Virus record (IMG/VR): IMGVR_UViG_3300022744_000020
Span: 1-64,000 of that record
Length of the DNA stretch: 64,000 nt
Direction: 5' to 3' (one strand)
The notes under the pieces were generated by a model. It saw nothing but the letters and a program-made list of their open reading frames with translations, did not search any database and was not told the DNA's origin. The position numbers were made by a program, and so were the translations under genes. Positions 28,582-38,579 of the stretch are shown piece by piece (within the stretch, counting starts at the first letter, position 1; each line of letters opens with the position of its first letter).

Positions 28582-29886
28582 TTAAGCCTCCGGAGTCGTG
28601 GCCAGGGAACTCACCAGGAATCGAATACCCTGGTAGCTGACGGTGACAAAGGTGATGCCTGAGCGAACCGTTCTTTTGTAAGTCGTCCCCAGGTCGTTGT
28701 AGTTGGTCATCGTGCTGGCGATGTAGAGCATATTGGCCAAATGCGTCATGAACGCCTTCGTCTTGTCTTGCATGCGGTTGTGATCCAAACTCAACGAACT
28801 CACGCTGATCATGTCTGGGAACCAGTCGCTGATCAAACACTTGGCCAGTTTGTTGTTCGGGCTACCCAAGCTCAGAATCTGCAAAGAGCGATACGGGTGG
28901 GAGAACGCCTGAAGATTTTGTTCGATGTGCGTGTCTCCGTATTCAACACCCCACACTTTCTTGGCGTATGCGATTTCTTTACGCAGACTCAGAATAGGGG
29001 AATTGATCCCAGATTGGATCCCACTGATCTCAGGAAGGGCAATGTTGGCCCACTTCGGGAAAAAAACAAACTCAGTCTCCCGAAACAGATCCGGGAAAAT
29101 TTGCTTCCATTGATCAATTGGTTTCGCCGAATTCTTAACCAGGTAAGCAATGATCGCTTTCTTGATCAGATCCAGATCATTGCCCTTGATACCGTAAATC
29201 AAGAACCCCCACGTTGTGTTGATCGTCTGAGCGGTATTCGTCGGATTGATGTATGGGTAGTTTTCAGCGGCGATCGAAGTTTCTGGGTAGATACCCTTTG
29301 CGTCCTGGAGACCCATCAAATAGTCTTGGGGGTTCTTTGCCTCGATCGCCGCTTTGACGGCACTGAATCCGGAAAAGAAACTATCGATCGGCGTCAGTGG
29401 AGGAACCACCACAATCTCGTACTCATCGTAGAGTTGACGAAAAGAGTCATCACTGAACCAGATCAGGAACGAGTTGTCATCCTGAGTATAGCTCAGATCC
29501 TTCCAGGTCACCCAAGTCGGGTAAGACGCACCAGTCGGGAGGTTGACCATGTCTCCAATCTCGATGCTGGTGATCTTGTCGCCGAATTGTGCCGCCAGAA
29601 GCGATTTGAAAACCTGTCGGGTTTCAGGCTGCGTCGAAGTGGCTTGTCTTTCTTGGATCCAATCCAGAATGCTGACAGCTCTGGTCACCTGTGGACTCGG
29701 GGGAGTCACCGAGACATCATTGATCTTGCTGGAGAACTCCACCAGCGTCACCGCGGTTCCGGGATGCGTTTTGCAGTCTCGAGCATAGGTCTTTGCCTGA
29801 GTGCTCAGCTCCCCAATCACTGCAATTTTCCCGTCGGCGTTGTCGCGCAAGCTGGGGATAGAGCAAAATCCTTTGAACTGGTACAT
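28582..29886 (-). CDS. Virion structural protein (phiKZ gp157-like)
   Basis: MYQFKGF...GELST..KTY, IWFSDDSF...YDEYEIVVVPP and W..IFPDLF..TEF motifs. Confidence 0.72.
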   Translation of the reverse strand: MYQFKGFCSIPSLRDNADGKIAVIGELSTQAKTYARDCKTHPGTAVTLVEFSSKINDVSVTPPSPQVTRAVSILDWIQERQATSTQPETRQVFKSLLAAQFGDKITSIEIGDMVNLPTGASYPTWVTWKDLSYTQDDNSFLIWFSDDSFRQLYDEYEIVVVPPLTPIDSFFSGFSAVKAAIEAKNPQDYLMGLQDAKGIYPETSIAAENYPYINPTNTAQTINTTWGFLIYGIKGNDLDLIKKAIIAYLVKNSAKPIDQWKQIFPDLFRETEFVFFPKWANIALPEISGIQSGINSPILSLRKEIAYAKKVWGVEYGDTHIEQNLQAFSHPYRSLQILSLGSPNNKLAKCLISDWFPDMISVSSLSLDHNRMQDKTKAFMTHLANMLYIASTMTNYNDLGTTYKRTVRSGITFVTVSYQGIRFLVSSLATTPEA

Positions 29887-30080
29887 AGTCTTGTTTCCGA
29901 AGTGATGTGAAATGATCAGGTATAAAGCCGATCCGAATCTTCAGGATCATGCCTTAGCTATAGGATTTTCACCAGTTGACCAATAAAGACTAGACACCAG
30001 TGAAAATCATCTTTGATTTTTGTTATACTTGAATTACAAAGCACTAAAAACCTCAATCTAACTTAGGAGTTTTACACCCC

Positions 30081-30551
30081 ATGATTTCAATAGGTACACT
30101 CATCACAATCGGCAAGGGTCTTTATCCCTATCTCAAAGAAATCTTCCGTGACATCAATCGCGGTAAGAAAACCAAACAGAAAAAACCGGAGGTCCATTTC
30201 TTGCGAAGCGTCGTCATCGTTCTTGGATTGCTGATTTCTGGCGGGGGAATTTATTTGGCTGAGAAATATCATAGCCTAAGTAAAGAGCAGCAAAAGAAAA
30301 TCGAAGAGCTTTCAGCCAAAGCCCGTGCTACTCCAACGCCTCCGGCTGTGGCCTCTGCTTCTTCAGCCCCGGAGGTCTGCACTCCTCCAGTTCCGGATGG
30401 TCCTCCGAAACCGGTCGCGATCCCTGATACTCGCAGGGATGTTAGACCAAAGAGAAAACAACCAAAAACCGAACCCGCTCCGGAGCCGGATCCAAAAATT
30501 GTGGACGAGGTCATCAAAACCCTCGATCAATACCGTCCATCCAAGAACTAA
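30081..30551 (+). CDS. Putative inner-membrane spanin (Rz-like)
   Basis: One TM helix (VVIVLGLLISGGGIYLA), short coiled coil, Pro-rich tail with a Cys. Directly upstream of a lipoprotein gene. AGGAG ribosome-binding site. Confidence 0.5.
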   Translation: MISIGTLITIGKGLYPYLKEIFRDINRGKKTKQKKPEVHFLRSVVIVLGLLISGGGIYLAEKYHSLSKEQQKKIEELSAKARATPTPPAVASASSAPEVCTPPVPDGPPKPVAIPDTRRDVRPKRKQPKTEPAPEPDPKIVDEVIKTLDQYRPSKN

Positions 30552-30575
30552 AGCAGATTTGCTCAAACATACATC

Positions 30576-30908
30576 ATGAAGAAGCTACTCAAACTGATCG
30601 CCCTGAGCGCGCTCTTGTACGGTTGCTCGACCAACGACTTCGTTCCGGATAATCGGGTTTACAACATCCACAACACGACTACGATTCAGGCTCCGCCTAT
30701 GAACGCAGCCGAGAAAGGCAAAGTGACTGATTGTCTTTCTGAGGTAAACTTGGTGGAAGTACCCCTTCCTCCAACGGAGAGACTGAGGTCCATTAGAGGG
30801 CAGAGAGAGCAAGACGCTCAGGTCATTCGAATACTCGTCGATTACACACGACAACTCAACGAAGCCCTGGCCGAACAACAAAAGCTCGTACGGGCCGGGT
30901 GTCGTTGA
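30576..30908 (+). CDS. Lipoprotein, putative outer-membrane spanin (Rz1-like)
   Basis: Signal peptide MKKLLKLIALSALLYG|C lipobox, Pro-rich segment and additional Cys residues. Confidence 0.6.
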   Translation: MKKLLKLIALSALLYGCSTNDFVPDNRVYNIHNTTTIQAPPMNAAEKGKVTDCLSEVNLVEVPLPPTERLRSIRGQREQDAQVIRILVDYTRQLNEALAEQQKLVRAGCR

Positions 30909-30924
30909 AGTCATGCCTAAATTT

Positions 30925-30957
30925 ACTACGTTAGACCATGATCTGGTCTAACGTAGT
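30925..30957 (+). terminator. Hairpin, probable terminator
   Basis: 14-bp stem ACTACGTTAGACCA/TGGTCTAACGTAGT followed by CTTATGTTG. Confidence 0.6.
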
Positions 30958-30978
30958 CTTATGTTGAATGGAGCCAAA

Positions 30979-32541
30979 ATGGCAAAGAAAAAGAGTGCCT
31001 CTAAAGAAGTAGAAGCTTCCCCCTTAGAGGCGGTCTATTACACAGACGGTGGTTGTCGCCCGAGTAATCCCGGTTTTGCTGGGTGGGGTGTGCATGGATA
31101 CCATTACCGGAAGACGACCAATCCAAAAGGAACGGGACTTCCGAAATGGGGGTTCAATGCAGACGGGTACTACGACAAGACGGCTGAAAACAAACCCAAG
31201 ACTCTGGAGCCTTTGGAGATTGTCAACTACGTTGACGGCTGGGGAACCATTGACGGGCTGAGCACCAACAACGTTGCAGAAATACAAGCGGCAATCTCGG
31301 CCCTGCAGTATTCCCAAGACAAGAATCTCAAATCCATCAAGATCTACTCTGATTCCAAACAACTGGTCGAAGCTGCCAATGGTTGGATCAGCAAGTGGAG
31401 GAGTCGCGATTGGAAGCGGGCCGACGGGAATCCTGTTGCCAATCGGCAAAGCTGGGAAGTGTTGGATGGCTACCTTCAGAAATACAAGGACAACGAGATC
31501 CCAGTTAGTCTGACGTGGATTCGCTCTCACGACGGACACCTCGGTAATGAGGCTGCAGACACACTGGCTACGTTGGGTGTCTTCACGAACCAGAAGGGTC
31601 AGAGTAAGCAACAGTTCGACTTGAGTCCTGCTCAAGGCTACTGGAAGGTCGCGGGAGATAAGCCCGCACTGTTCACCCTCAACGAGATCGTCTTCATGCC
31701 CACGGAGCATTACTTTGCTCCTGGTCACCACCTCCTGGTCACGCCTCCCCCGTCTGCCAAGAAAGACAAGGACAAGGAAAATGCCAAGAAGAAAGACCCG
31801 GCGTATGGCAAGAGAGAGGTGGACTGTGCCTATGCCTACGTGGAGTTGAAAGAACCGGACGAACTCTTTGAGACGATCCTGAATTATCAGAAGCAAGTCA
31901 GCACTGGGAAATTCAGCGTCATGCGAGTTGATACCCGAGTGTTGTACCGGAAAACAGGGAAAGCCTCGATCCGGCAGTATGTTTCAAAGTTCGGATCGGA
32001 TTGCATGGCCGTTGCTCGAGACTGGTTGAGCGACATTTGTTTCATCGACAAGACCCCACTGACTCAAGAAATTCAGCCAGTGAAGCTTTCGATGAGAATG
32101 TTCGATGTCTCAACACATCTCTGCGCCATACTCAGGCAATCATTGAGGGTATTGCTTCCTGGGTCGTACCCAGATGCGGGAGCTGGTCTCAAACTGGCCT
32201 TCACAGACATCACGGATCGCATCTATAACGAACCAAAACAGGGCATAAGGAGCCTGAATGGATCATTTGCATCCGGACCTACGGAAGCGTTATTTAAAGC
32301 GAACGTAGCGGGTTTAAACGAGCCGGAGGAAATAAAACTCTACATCGATTTGGACATTCCTGATCGCGGGAGCTTGAAGAAATTAGGAGAACAAAATCCG
32401 AAGATCCACATCGTCACTTGGTTGGAGTCTGATCTGTGTTTTCGCTTTGCTGTGATTGTCATGGCCGACAGTGGTAATTTGATCCAGTGCACCTATTACG
32501 CCAACACGAAGTATCTGAAGACAAAATCCGAAGCACTGTAA
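30979..32541 (+). CDS. rnhA: Ribonuclease HI with C-terminal extension (phiKZ gp155-like)
   Basis: YTDGGCRPSNPG.AGWG, TNNVAE, IYSDS, W...G.PVAN and WIRSHDGHLGNEAADTLA motifs. Confidence 0.9.
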   Translation: MAKKKSASKEVEASPLEAVYYTDGGCRPSNPGFAGWGVHGYHYRKTTNPKGTGLPKWGFNADGYYDKTAENKPKTLEPLEIVNYVDGWGTIDGLSTNNVAEIQAAISALQYSQDKNLKSIKIYSDSKQLVEAANGWISKWRSRDWKRADGNPVANRQSWEVLDGYLQKYKDNEIPVSLTWIRSHDGHLGNEAADTLATLGVFTNQKGQSKQQFDLSPAQGYWKVAGDKPALFTLNEIVFMPTEHYFAPGHHLLVTPPPSAKKDKDKENAKKKDPAYGKREVDCAYAYVELKEPDELFETILNYQKQVSTGKFSVMRVDTRVLYRKTGKASIRQYVSKFGSDCMAVARDWLSDICFIDKTPLTQEIQPVKLSMRMFDVSTHLCAILRQSLRVLLPGSYPDAGAGLKLAFTDITDRIYNEPKQGIRSLNGSFASGPTEALFKANVAGLNEPEEIKLYIDLDIPDRGSLKKLGEQNPKIHIVTWLESDLCFRFAVIVMADSGNLIQCTYYANTKYLKTKSEAL

Positions 32542-32687
32542 TCCCATCCATTGAGACGGAATATTTGTCAGGACCCGTCTACAATGGTTACTTGAACTGA
32601 CACTTCCATCCAGCCTCCCCTTGTGGGCGGCTTGATGGATTATTTCGTTCAGTAGCTTTTATTTTGTTTCCTAAGGCGTTTAAACAT

Positions 32688-33107
32688 ATGAGCATCCTCA
32701 CATTCACCAGCAATCCGCTCGCGCTGTTCCTTCTGAGAATACAACCCCAGCCCGCTCGTCGGCGTGCGTTGCTTACTTCTTTTTTGGCCAGCGTCAAGCC
32801 GGGTGAGAAGAGCTTGGACGATGAAGTTTTGAGTCGACTGAATTCAGTTTTGAAGCTGGCAACTCAAGACCCCAATGGATTGAAGTCGCTTAAGGCCGCA
32901 GTCGCTGCAAGCCCCGTGGTGTGGAAGCACCAAGAGGCCACCCCTACCCAACCTGATACTTCTTTCCACTCTACCGACCCGGAGGAAATCCGTCAAGACG
33001 TGGAGCGAATCGTCAACGGAATTCCAAAATCGATCCTGTATGCAGAGCCTGCCGAGGTTTGCCGGGAGTTTTTCGAAGCCCTTGGAATCGAAAAAGAAGG
33101 ACTGTAA
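32688..33107 (+). CDS. Hypothetical protein
   Basis: 139-aa ORF from ATG 32688 filling the gap between two hairpins. Confidence 0.65.
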   Translation: MSILTFTSNPLALFLLRIQPQPARRRALLTSFLASVKPGEKSLDDEVLSRLNSVLKLATQDPNGLKSLKAAVAASPVVWKHQEATPTQPDTSFHSTDPEEIRQDVERIVNGIPKSILYAEPAEVCREFFEALGIEKEGL

Positions 33108-33124
33108 TACGCCACACACATCAA

Positions 33125-33165
33125 ACACTGAGTCGCAATGGGCATCTCCCATTGCGACTCAGTGT
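33125..33165. terminator. Bidirectional hairpin terminator
   Basis: 18-bp perfect stem ACACTGAGTCGCAATGGG/CCCATTGCGACTCAGTGT between convergent genes. Confidence 0.72.
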
Positions 33166-33172
33166 AGGTCTG

Positions 33173-34018
33173 TTAGCCCAGACTTTCTTCCACAGATTTC
33201 AGCGTGTGCTCAATCGTGCCCTTCATGGCGAGCACTCGGAAATACGTGGTTGAATAAAGCTCGAGTTCTTTCGCCACTGCATAAGCGTAGTTCGACAGAC
33301 GCTCGGAAGCTTCGACACTGGCCTTTCGATCCGCTCCCTTGCCGAAAGATTCGATGATCGCATCGATCAGATCGGTGCATGTTTTCACGCTGGATTTGAT
33401 CTGGTCAACCTTGACCGTTTCGATGTTCCCGATGCACAGATTGAGCTTGCTCAGAACGGCAGGCCAATCCGAGTTTCGGTCGATCACTTTGGAAATCTTG
33501 GTCTTCGAGACAATGGAGTTTCGGACAAAGCACTTACCCATTCGACCGTAGGCGTCTTCGCGAACCTTGTTGATTGCGTCGATCTTTTTCTTGTCCGTAT
33601 GGATGTCCGTCGAGAACGCTTTGTCGGACAGGAATCTCCCCAGGTAAGAGGCGTAAGGATCGAGCGTTTCCGATTGAATCTTCTTGCAGTGCTCGGTCAC
33701 CGGCAGCAGAATTTCCAGGTACTTCAGATAGGAAACTCCCAAACCTTCAGGGCAGAAAGCAGGCATGTCAGCCAGGGTCGTGAAGGGAACGCTGTTGGCG
33801 ACCTTCATGAACTTCGACTGATCTTTGGAGATTGCATGGATTCCCACGATCGCCGAGAGATCTTTGGACACACTGAAGTAGTCTCGGATCTTGAGTACCA
33901 GCGCTTTGAATTGTGCCGGAATCGCGGCAAAGTTGATTGCCTCCTGGCTGAGTTGGAGCTGAAGTGCTTGAGCTTCAGCTTGAATCGATTCCAAACTGAC
34001 TTGTACGGTTTGAGTCAT
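33173..34018 (-). CDS. Virion head protein (phiKZ gp153-like)
   Basis: ATG 34018. N-terminal S-x-E sites (SLE, SQE) and PEGL.VSYL.Y motif. Divergent from uvsX. Confidence 0.62.
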   Translation of the reverse strand: MTQTVQVSLESIQAEAQALQLQLSQEAINFAAIPAQFKALVLKIRDYFSVSKDLSAIVGIHAISKDQSKFMKVANSVPFTTLADMPAFCPEGLGVSYLKYLEILLPVTEHCKKIQSETLDPYASYLGRFLSDKAFSTDIHTDKKKIDAINKVREDAYGRMGKCFVRNSIVSKTKISKVIDRNSDWPAVLSKLNLCIGNIETVKVDQIKSSVKTCTDLIDAIIESFGKGADRKASVEASERLSNYAYAVAKELELYSTTYFRVLAMKGTIEHTLKSVEESLG

Positions 34019-34187
34019 GGGGTTTCCCAGAATAAAAACAAATGAATGTGTACTAAACACCCTCAAGTCATGGAGTTTTGCTCTGAAAAGATGGGGATTT
34101 TTATTAACCTGCAAGACTGATACTCTGTAAGACAATCTACAAAGGCTGTCTAGTGTCAACCATGATCATGCGAGAAAAGGATTTGAA

Positions 34188-35621
34188 ATGACCGTTATGC
34201 GAGTGAATATGGGCGGCGTTAAGACGATACCTCGAACCAAGATCAGCTACAACGTCGGCGCGTGCCTGGATGTTCCTAGCGGTAAGTTCAAGACTGGACT
34301 ACATGGTGAGTCCTATCTCAACGGCGGTATCGGCCTGATGGGTGGGGTGGCTGGTAAACCCAACACCTATAAGTCCTTGCTAATGGAGTTCATGCTACTC
34401 AGTTCGATGGAACGATATCGAACCCAAGGTATCATTTACGATACCGAACTCAACAAGCAGGCTGATCGACTGCATCAGTTGGCTAACCGATTCCCTGGTT
34501 TGAGGGGTCGGGATTTGTTTGATGAAGAGTCTCTGATCGTTTCCGATCGAACCAACTACTCGGCCAATGAGTGGTACGACTGGTTCAAGACCTTCATGGA
34601 TAGCAAGGTCAAGGATCGCTCAAAACTGATGCTGACGTCGCCGTTCCTGCATCCGACAACGAACGAGCCGATCCGGACGATTGTTCCGACATCCGTGTTG
34701 ATCGACTCTTTCACCAAGTTTGAGGCCGACGCCACTACCGAAAAACTCGACGAGAGCCTGGGCAGCAAAAAAGTGCTGACCATGTACATGCAACAGGGCC
34801 TGACCAAGGCTCACTTTTTGACGGACGTACCAAAACGTCTGGCAGAGTCGGGTTGCAATCTCTTCATGTCGGCGCACGTCGGACAGAACATCCCCATGGA
34901 TGGGGCCATGCATCCGTCCAAGCAGATGCAGTTTCTCTCTCAGCAAGACAAGATCAAGGGCGTCACCAACGACTGGTTGTACATGACGACGATCTTCTGG
35001 ATGTGTCTGAACTCCATGGTGATGAAGCATGACGGCACCAAAGGAGCAGAATACCCCAAGGAGAGTATCGACAATGAGCCGGGAAATTCTGACCTGAATT
35101 TGGTCACCCTGCAGTCGGTACGCAACAAGAATGGTCCGTCTGGTAAGATGGTGAAGGTGGTGGTTTCCCAGCGCGAAGGCGTGCTGAGCGGACTCACCGA
35201 ATTCGAATACATCAAATCCAACGACCGTTACGGGATGGGTGGTAACAACACGACCTACTTCCTGGATTTGTTGCCTGAAACCAAACTGATGCGCACCACT
35301 GTGCGTGGTAAGCTGGACACCGATCCCAAGCTTGCACGCGCGATGAATTTGACGAGCGAGATCTGTCAGCAAACCTACTCCGAAGCCGGGGAGGAAGATC
35401 TCTTCGTCCCAATGGCTCAGCTCTATGACGAGATCCGTACTCGCGGATATGACTGGGACGTCCTCCTCAACACACGAGGATGGTGGACCTTCCAAGAATA
35501 TGAGGACCAAGAACTTCCGTTCCTCTCGTCCAGAGACCTGCTGAACATTCGCCGCGGCTACCACCCGTACTGGTTGGCCGCAGACAAAAAAACCATCATT
35601 GCTAAAAAGAGCAAGCGATAA
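34188..35621 (+). CDS. uvsX: UvsX/RecA-like recombinase (phiKZ gp152 homologue)
   Basis: Walker A-like GKPNTYKS, YDTE, Walker B LIDSF and RNKNGPSG. Confidence 0.85.
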   Translation: MTVMRVNMGGVKTIPRTKISYNVGACLDVPSGKFKTGLHGESYLNGGIGLMGGVAGKPNTYKSLLMEFMLLSSMERYRTQGIIYDTELNKQADRLHQLANRFPGLRGRDLFDEESLIVSDRTNYSANEWYDWFKTFMDSKVKDRSKLMLTSPFLHPTTNEPIRTIVPTSVLIDSFTKFEADATTEKLDESLGSKKVLTMYMQQGLTKAHFLTDVPKRLAESGCNLFMSAHVGQNIPMDGAMHPSKQMQFLSQQDKIKGVTNDWLYMTTIFWMCLNSMVMKHDGTKGAEYPKESIDNEPGNSDLNLVTLQSVRNKNGPSGKMVKVVVSQREGVLSGLTEFEYIKSNDRYGMGGNNTTYFLDLLPETKLMRTTVRGKLDTDPKLARAMNLTSEICQQTYSEAGEEDLFVPMAQLYDEIRTRGYDWDVLLNTRGWWTFQEYEDQELPFLSSRDLLNIRRGYHPYWLAADKKTIIAKKSKR

Positions 35622-35642
35622 ACCCAATCGAGTTTCAAAAAC

Positions 35643-36047
35643 ATGCAACCAGCTATCACCCCTATCGATCCCGCTCAGTGGAACAGCGTCATGGCTTCGG
35701 CCAATGCGGTGCAGCGCGACCTCGGACAAGTGCCTCTGCGTGAGGCTCACGAACCCAACTACGTGGATCAGGTCGGCCAGCAGATCCAGGAAGCCGGGGG
35801 AGACGCCGGCCTGTGGGGTCAGGCTGTCGATATCTACGGTGTGGATATCTATCAGCCGGAATTCCAGCGTATGTGTATCAATCGCGATTTCCGCGGGCGT
35901 CTGATCCATGCTGCTCAAATTCTGAACAACCCCGACAGCTTCTTCGAGCTGCGGCTGAATCTCAACGACAAAGATCCGGCCCCGACGTGGTTGTTCAATC
36001 TCAAGGATCAAGTCATTCCTGCCTTGGTGAAACTTGAGGCGGTGTAA
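35643..36047 (+). CDS. Hypothetical protein
   Basis: 134-aa ORF with strongly biased codon usage, followed by a hairpin. Confidence 0.75.
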   Translation: MQPAITPIDPAQWNSVMASANAVQRDLGQVPLREAHEPNYVDQVGQQIQEAGGDAGLWGQAVDIYGVDIYQPEFQRMCINRDFRGRLIHAAQILNNPDSFFELRLNLNDKDPAPTWLFNLKDQVIPALVKLEAV

Positions 36048-36060
36048 ACCATCCCGGTAA

Positions 36061-36086
36061 GCCAGGAGGCCATTCGGCTTCCTGGC
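36061..36086 (+). terminator. Hairpin, probable terminator
   Basis: Stem GCCAGGAGGCC/GGCTTCCTGGC followed by CCCTATGCTCCTTT. Confidence 0.5.
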
Positions 36087-36114
36087 CCCTATGCTCCTTT
36101 ATAGAGAATCAATC

Positions 36115-36792
36115 ATGGCTAGTCGTAAAGAAGTAGAGAAATTCATCCTGGACGAAACCGAAATGTGTCTTCCGGGTAGTAAAAATCGTCAAATGTACGA
36201 GGAGTTTTTCAAGAAACTCAGCGACGACGAATTCCGAGAACTGATGCAAAAATGCAAGGACGGTTATATCCTGCCGATCGTTTGTCCTAACCTTACCGGG
36301 CAAGATCTGGACATGAAGCGCTGGATTGAACAGGCGCGTCGTCTGGGCTATGAGTTCTTCCAACGCATTTGGATGCCTCCCAGCAAAGGTAAGCGGGGCT
36401 ATCTCACGCCTCAGAAGTACATGGTGATGCACACCATCACGCGGCGTCAGTCTCAGCATTTGACCAAGAAGATGAGTGCATCAGACGACACCGATTCGGT
36501 TGACCTCTACACCAACCAAGTGACTGGCGATTCGAAATCCTCACGGCTGTCTTATCCGGAGCTGACCACTCTGCGCGCCATGGGTCTGAAGGCATCTCTG
36601 GTGGAGCAGACGAAATACCGAGGTGGTGACGAGCGTGGATTCAATGCGTTCAATACGTCGATTGATCGTACGGGTACTGTCAGCATGGACAGCATCGAGA
36701 AGTTCAGCTCCGGGGTGAAGGTAGCCCAAACACTGTACATGTTGCTCAATGCCGCTCACCTGCAAAACAACTTCAACGAACAAGGCCGATGA
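36115..36792 (+). CDS. Virion RNA polymerase beta-like subunit, C-terminal part (phiKZ gp149 homologue)
   Basis: RRQSQHLTKK, NQVTGDSKSSRLSYPE (equivalent to QP.GG..GQRFGEME) and KYRGGD motifs. Confidence 0.85.
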   Translation: MASRKEVEKFILDETEMCLPGSKNRQMYEEFFKKLSDDEFRELMQKCKDGYILPIVCPNLTGQDLDMKRWIEQARRLGYEFFQRIWMPPSKGKRGYLTPQKYMVMHTITRRQSQHLTKKMSASDDTDSVDLYTNQVTGDSKSSRLSYPELTTLRAMGLKASLVEQTKYRGGDERGFNAFNTSIDRTGTVSMDSIEKFSSGVKVAQTLYMLLNAAHLQNNFNEQGR

Positions 36793-37193
36793 AATTAGAG
36801 AAGTCAGACCCTTTGTTCTTACAGGCCCCGAGAAGATGCGTCATCTCGGGATCCAGGGATTGGGAAGAGTTTGATCATTTTTGTTCCAGAATGGATCTTT
36901 ACCATCAAAGGTGGAAAGACCGGGTAGTCTATATCAGCGGCCTTGCAAGAGGTCCAGATAAAATGCTGGTCGAGTGGGCCAAAGCCAGTGGTAAAGACTG
37001 GGTGGAATTTCCAGCCGACTGGGACAAGCACGGTAAGAAAGCCGGCTACTTGAGAAATCAAGAGATGGCTGATCACTCGACTCATGCCTTTGTGTTTTGG
37101 GACGGGAAGAGCCGAGGAACAAAGCACATGCTGGACATTTGTCTGCGTCAGAAAATCCACGTACTTCTAACTCTAGTTGGTAATCCAAAATGA
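36789..37193 (+). CDS. SLOG-family protein (YspA/DUF2493-like)
   Basis: ISGSRD, ISGLARGPD, FPADWDKHGKKAGYLRNQEM and FWDGKSRGTKHM motifs. Confidence 0.85.
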   Translation: MKLEKSDPLFLQAPRRCVISGSRDWEEFDHFCSRMDLYHQRWKDRVVYISGLARGPDKMLVEWAKASGKDWVEFPADWDKHGKKAGYLRNQEMADHSTHAFVFWDGKSRGTKHMLDICLRQKIHVLLTLVGNPK

Positions 37194-37933
37194 GTGAACG
37201 ATACAAAGAGAGTGCCATACTCATCGACATCGAATGCCTGGCGGATCTGCGCGCCGGAGTGATGATCACGCTGAGCCCAGAGTTTGCCTTTGAAGTCACC
37301 AATCGGCCAGACTACTACACCCGAGATTACGACTCCTTTCAAGTGGGCTCTGACCGGATCGATCTGGCGTTCATCGATAAGGTAATTGAGGCTGATCCGA
37401 TCAAGGTTTTTCTGAACTCTCCTGCGACTAAAGCCTTTTTGTTTTTGAGGAGTTGGTGCGCGGAGCGACTTGTGGCTGGGGCAACAAAGCGCCTGCATGA
37501 ATCGATTGAGATCATCGTCAATATGGGAAGGTTTCATCTCCCTCCAGAAATGGAAGAGGAGTACATCAAACGAATCGTGGCAGTAACCGGGGGACTTTAT
37601 TCGATTCGTTTGGTGAATTGGTCGATTCAGGACCTGACGCCTTCGTTGATCCGGTCGAACTTTGGTACCTGGCTTTGCTACAACCCACTGAAATGGTGGG
37701 AGGCGCACTCGTACATGTTCAGACAAAAACCCATGCTGACCGAACTTCAGCTCTACATCCCAAAGATGAACATGGGTCGGTCAATGACGGCGCAGGAGGT
37801 CAAGATGTTTTCCGACGAGAAGCAGGATCCTTACCTGAAGATTCGAAAAGCCTTCATGCCTCACTTTTTTCTGGAGTGGATTGAAGTGGATGTGGTCTGC
37901 ATGATCCATCCGAATTCCGTGCCTTCGGCATAA
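37190..37933 (+). CDS. Conserved hypothetical jumbo-phage protein
   Basis: 247 aa with an ATGA overlap. ILIDIECLADLR.G N-terminus. Confidence 0.75.
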   Translation: MSERYKESAILIDIECLADLRAGVMITLSPEFAFEVTNRPDYYTRDYDSFQVGSDRIDLAFIDKVIEADPIKVFLNSPATKAFLFLRSWCAERLVAGATKRLHESIEIIVNMGRFHLPPEMEEEYIKRIVAVTGGLYSIRLVNWSIQDLTPSLIRSNFGTWLCYNPLKWWEAHSYMFRQKPMLTELQLYIPKMNMGRSMTAQEVKMFSDEKQDPYLKIRKAFMPHFFLEWIEVDVVCMIHPNSVPSA

Positions 37934-37934
37934 G

Positions 37935-37973
37935 TACATCTCCACCACGCACAATCGTCGTGGTGGAGATGTA
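37935..37973. terminator. Bidirectional hairpin terminator
   Basis: 15-bp stem TACATCTCCACCACG/CGTGGTGGAGATGTA between convergent genes. Confidence 0.72.
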
Positions 37974-37977
37974 TCAT

Positions 37978-38391
37978 TTATTTCGTCTTCATCCCCATGC
38001 GCTGGGTGAAATCGTCATACGTCTCGGGTTTGGCCACGTTGTCCATTTCTCCAGGAACGATAACAATTCCAGAGCCATCAATCTCCAAAACAGGGAGCTC
38101 TTCTCGAACAGCGTTCGTATTCATTCCCATCTTCTTAAAGTTGATGTCCTTTTGATCGAAAAGAGAACTCATGATCGCCAGAGCTTGTTCAGCGTTCTTA
38201 CCGGCCCCTTCATCAACCTTGATCTTCATGCGCCCGAGAGTTGCTCGGTCCATGTCATTGAGAAGGTTACTCACCAAAACGATATCGTCGTCGTTCGTGG
38301 GAATCCCTTCAGTCCCTAGTTTCTTTGCGATTATCTTTTTACGCAAGTTTTGCGTAAAGTCAAGATCTTGTGCTTGCTCTTCATTAGACAT
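37978..38391 (-). CDS. Hypothetical protein
   Basis: 137-aa ORF with GGAG/AGGT ribosome-binding site upstream. Confidence 0.75.
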   Translation of the reverse strand: MSNEEQAQDLDFTQNLRKKIIAKKLGTEGIPTNDDDIVLVSNLLNDMDRATLGRMKIKVDEGAGKNAEQALAIMSSLFDQKDINFKKMGMNTNAVREELPVLEIDGSGIVIVPGEMDNVAKPETYDDFTQRMGMKTK

Positions 38392-38440
38392 TTCAACCTA
38401 CTCCGTGATAGAAAAGACATTCTCATACCTAATACATGTT

Positions 38441-38458
38441 TTTTAGGTCAGACATTAT
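38441..38458 (+). promoter_or_regulatory. Candidate phage early promoter
   Basis: TTTTAGGTCAGACATTAT in an AT-rich divergent gap resembles the phiKZ early motif (TTT.A....TATATTAC). Only one copy seen. Confidence 0.3.
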
Positions 38459-38579
38459 GTTCTTGGTATTGTCCCACTAACCTAAAACTTGGAGAAAGTT
38501 CAACCAAAAACTTCTGTAGATTGAGCTAAGCTGTGTGTCTAGCGGAGACCACAGTCATTCGACGTATCGGAGTAACACA

